From the NCBI GenBank assembly GCA_010356995.1, contig ML996704.1, forward strand, positions 434,001 to 498,000: 64,000 bases of DNA, read 5' to 3'. The notes beneath the pieces are model-generated. The model was not told the DNA's origin, did no database searches, and was given only the letters and a program-made list of their open reading frames with translations. Each line of letters begins with the position of its first letter. Within the stretch, counting starts at the first letter, position 1. The stretch comes from Trichodelitschia bisporula (Eukaryota). This document shows, one piece after another, positions 60,242-64,000 of the stretch. The position numbers and the translations under genes are program-made.

Positions 60242-61979
60242 CTACTGACTCTTACGACGCTTCATCCTCTTCTCCCTAACCGCCAGAAACTCCTCCAACA
60301 CGCCCTTGTAATCCTTCGGCCCATACGCCTCCGTCACCTCCGCAAACCCACCCTTCCGCCTCGTCCTAACCCCCACGTCTCCAAGCAACCTCTCCACATA
60401 CGCCAACGTATTCGCATAAAACTCCGGCACGCGCTGCTCCCGCCCAGCCCCAGACCCGGGATACCGCCACACACCAAACCGCGCCCACAGCGCCGCCTCC
60501 TCCCGCCGCTGATGTTCCCTCATCCCCACAAACTCAGTGTTATCAAACCACGCCGTCACCCACAGCGCCTGCGCCTCCGCAACAACGCTCTCCCGCGCCA
60601 CGCCCACCATCCCGACAAACGCGACGCTGGGGCTCGTACCCGCGGGCACGACGAAGCGGAACAGGGACCAGGATTTGGTGCTTTCGTGCGTTGGGGGAGG
60701 GGGAGCGGGGCAGGTGGCGATGAGGGAGGGGAAACGCGATTTTAGGGTGGTGTCGAGCGTGCTGTGCATTTCGGTGCGGGGGGCTGGGCCGCGGAAGGGG
60801 ATGCCGAGGGTGCGGGATGTGGGCGAGGGCGAGAAGGGGATGTTGAGGCCGCCGGTTGTGCCCGCGTAGCATACGGCGCTGATGGGGACCGCGCCCGCGT
60901 GGGCGGCGAGATGGATCGTTCCCTGCGAGAGTCCGACGGCGTATGTGTCGAAGACGCGGATCGTGCCTGCCTTCACCAGGGCCGGGATGCAGCCGGCCTC
61001 AACTGGCGGCGCACCCGTCCAGAACGGCGGATACTGTGGGCGTAACTTCTCAAGATCCGGATCGCCCTCATACGCAGCCGCAACATCCTTCGCCACTCCG
61101 TCCCACACTTTCCCTGTAGCCCACTTCCCAATCCCGCTCTGGCTCCGCGCAGGCTTATGCTCGTACCCATCCGCCTGCCGCCACAGACACGGACTAAAAT
61201 TCCCGGCTCCGCGCGTCATAGCTAGATCCTCCGCATCCGCGCCGCGTGGTCCGACCCGGGCGGCGATCCAGGCGTCGGGTTTAGCGTTGCGGCCCAGAAT
61301 CCAGTACACGGGTTTGCCAGAGGAGGCATAGGCAGCGACGACGGGCCAGGCATCGCGGAAACAGCCGAGGACGGCAATGGGCTCCGGGGATAGGGAGGGG
61401 GGTGGGTGGGAAGCGAAGGCCGAAGTGTGGAAGATGGGTTTATTGAAGTCGGAGGTGCCGCGGAGGGAGGGCGGAGACATGGGGACGCTGGCGGGGCTGG
61501 TTGCGAGGATGAGGCGGCGCGTTTTGAGGTTCTTGGTGACGGCGCGGGGAAGGTCTGTGATGCTGAGGGACCAGGTGTCGTCGGCCTGGCGGGTTGCGTA
61601 GTGGACGCGGTGCTGGAGGGAGATGCGCGGTGTGAGGGCGTAGTGGGCGGCGAGGCGCGAGAGGTACGACTGGATTTCGTTTGCGGGGATGAGGTCGTTG
61701 GGTTTGAGGGTGGGGGAGGAAAGGGGGAAGTCGCTGAGCTCGAAGGTGCCGAGGAGGGGGAGGGAAAGGGGGGGTGCTGAATTTGCGGCCCAGAAGCCGC
61801 CGATGCGGGACTGCTGGTCGAGAATGAGAAGCTTGTGGGTTGGGTTAGCGGCGAGGTAGGTTTTGGCCATCGTCAGGCCATAGAGTCCTGTTTGGAGTTA
61901 GCGAGGCTGAAGTTGAGGATGTTTGATTAGGAGACATGCCTGCGCCTACGATGATGAGGTCTGCCATTTGGTCGTCCAT
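60242..61979 (-). CDS. Divergent flavin-containing monooxygenase (class B FMO)-like protein
   Basis: MDDQMADLIIVGAG(intron)LYGLTMAKTYL, IGGFW, FMO fingerprint FNKPIFHTSAF, WSLFRFVVP, AEAQALWVTAWF, YVERLLGDVG. Confidence 0.8.
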
Positions 61980-63819
61980 TGTGATGGTGCTTTGGTGTTG
62001 GCGGTGATATCGTCCGCGATGGTAAAAGTATGGGGTATAGGTGTAGGTTTGTTTGCCGGGCGAGTGAATGGTTTGCCGAGTCACTCACCCGGCAATTTCT
62101 TTATATATGAGTTAAAGGCTGTCCATAGTTCAGAATAGAACCTCTTGGTGTCGTTCGGTGACTTTAGAGAATGGACCAGGTGATAGCAGTGACAAAGAAC
62201 CAGACATTGTCGTGGAAGCGTTTCTGGTATGGTCCGCGGATCGAGTGCGCATGTTCCATGATGACGAGACACACGATCAGCTTATACGCCACGTAGAATC
62301 TCAAGCAGTATATATGCGAACGGCATTCCCCATAATGGCGGTGGACACAAAGGAGTCAATGAAGCCAGTCGCGCATCTAGCTCAAGGCATGTCCGACATG
62401 ATTGATACTTCCAATGCCGCCTGTCAAGTACATCTCCGCCCGAAGATGGAGCATGGGCATTGCAACGCGACTCCAGTAAGGAAAGATGTCCTTCTTCGGC
62501 TTGCGGCGTCGTCCACTGGGGTTCGACGAGGCAGTTGCCACGTTCTGCGAAACCAGACTTGCAGATGCTCATGAAAGCACAACTGGATCGAGCACGGTTG
62601 CAGCCTGTTACTTGACGGCTTTGGTTGTCGAGGGCGGGGCTTGTTGCGAAAGGCAACGCAGTGCCTTTGTTGACATCCTGGTGAGGAGTGGCGGGGTTCT
62701 ATGTCTTCGAAGGCGGCGAAGGAGGAGAGTTCGGTATCGTAGATGGCGGGTTTGCGCTGAAGGTGGTATCCGGAATGAAGCTGACGGGAGTGCCGTAGAG
62801 AGCCGACTTCTCGGTCGTGAAGGCCACACGCTTGGGCGGGATCCCAGGCGTCCGCTGGAGAGGCGCTGCTTGATCGAAACAAGAGCGCGATAATCCTGTA
62901 TAAACTCTATCCTGGGAACCGCTGCAACATCGACGGGAGTCAGGTATTAGTTTGAGAACATATAAGCCCCGATTATCATCGGCTTGAGGGTAGCTATTTT
63001 TATGTCCTTATACTCAGCCATGGGATTCTGCATCGTCGTAGGCAGTGAAGGAAGAGCCTTGCGAGAGACCACCGGAGCCTGCAATATGAGAGCAGCCGGC
63101 TTCTCAAGACTGAACGCTATAGCCTCCTGCGGAACCACAGTCGTCTGCGGATTATGGGACTCGTCGCCTTTAGAGATTTCAATGTATCGTTTCTTCGCGT
63201 CTCGATTATGGGCCTCCAGATGAATCCGTATAGGGCGATGGTCGCCAACACACCGAGTATCATCCAAATGTCGTGGAAGAACAGGACTTCCAGGCGTTTG
63301 TGAGGATTAGATAATAGGGGACATAGAGCAGGGCCACGGACCTCTGGATTAATGTATGTGGCGATGATGTATGCCCATGGCGATATAACTAGATCACCAT
63401 CAGTAACCGAAGGAGCGGTTGCAAATCGAAGAAATCAGTGGAAGTTTACATCGATGAAATTGTTCCGGCAAAGTGAACAGCGGATTTCCTCGGGGTCACG
63501 GCCGCCGAGCAAACCGATCCTTCACTCTCCCTCGTGACCTTCGTGAATGGCAGAAGGAAGGCGGTAGCTCACCGACAGATGCATATGTGAGCAAATAGCC
63601 GCAAGGCATATGCGTCTGGACGATCGTGAGTTGATAAGTGGATATGGGAGGACATCCCGAAAGGAGCTAGGTTAGCCTACAGGTGCTATGAGCATGAGCA
63701 AACAAGATATACGGTCAGCCGATTTCCGTAGTGAAGACCGGTTAGCGTCATACTTTTTCCATTGTCCATTATCTATCGATACCGGACCAAGACCGTGAGC
63801 CCGCCTGATGTCCAATCGC

Positions 63820-64000
63820 CTACAAGTACTGCTCGATAACCCACCCTTCGCCGGGCACTCTCTTCTGTACAACCGACTTGCGAACCAATGGCCAACCCAT
63901 AGCACCGCCGCCTCCGACTAGGCTGAGTAGCACCTCGCACTGCCTCCGTTCAACCCCGCCCTGGCTCTCGAGCACTTCGATCTTACCCAAGGGCTTGCCG
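63820..64000 (-). CDS. Possible 3' end of a gene beginning beyond the window
   Basis: Open frame from the window edge: GKPLGKIEVLESQGG..GEGWVIEQYL*. No recognisable motif. Confidence 0.25.
   Translation of the reverse strand, partial: GKPLGKIEVLESQGGVERRQCEVLLSLVGGGGAMGWPLVRKSVVQKRVPGEGWVIEQYL

Overview
This is eukaryotic, gene-dense DNA from a filamentous ascomycete (Pezizomycotina, probably a Dothideomycete; inferred from gene families and 40-60 nt GT..CTRAC..AG introns). I can reconstruct about 24 intron-containing protein genes by eye. Most are housekeeping: a THEM6-like thioesterase, eIF2D, SF3B2/Cus1, RPC2, a Puf4/5-type Pumilio protein, Vtc2/3, a Nudix hydrolase, flavocytochrome b2, delta-12 desaturase, mitochondrial LeuRS, a LAT permease, CENP-W, Pre5, Vps55, Vps68, Loc1, an Eht1-like esterase and Mau2/Scc4. 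Accessory-looking genes are a membrane cupredoxin, a HeLo-like-N protein, a secreted alpha/beta hydrolase, an RGG-repeat nuclease-like protein and a degenerate FMO. I recognised no rRNA, tRNA, CRISPR array or intact transposon. The most notable observations are: (1) the two subunits of the Vps55-Vps68 complex lie as an adjacent convergent pair; (2) an RGG-repeat protein with a Rai1/DXO-like nuclease signature, preceded by a degenerate ~190-bp triplication with splice-like signals; (3) a four-exon CENP-W gene missed by the ORF track; (4) an intact but motif-eroded FMO; (5) a strong C-rich to G-rich flip along the sense strand of many genes. All family calls come from motif recall; no searches were run.
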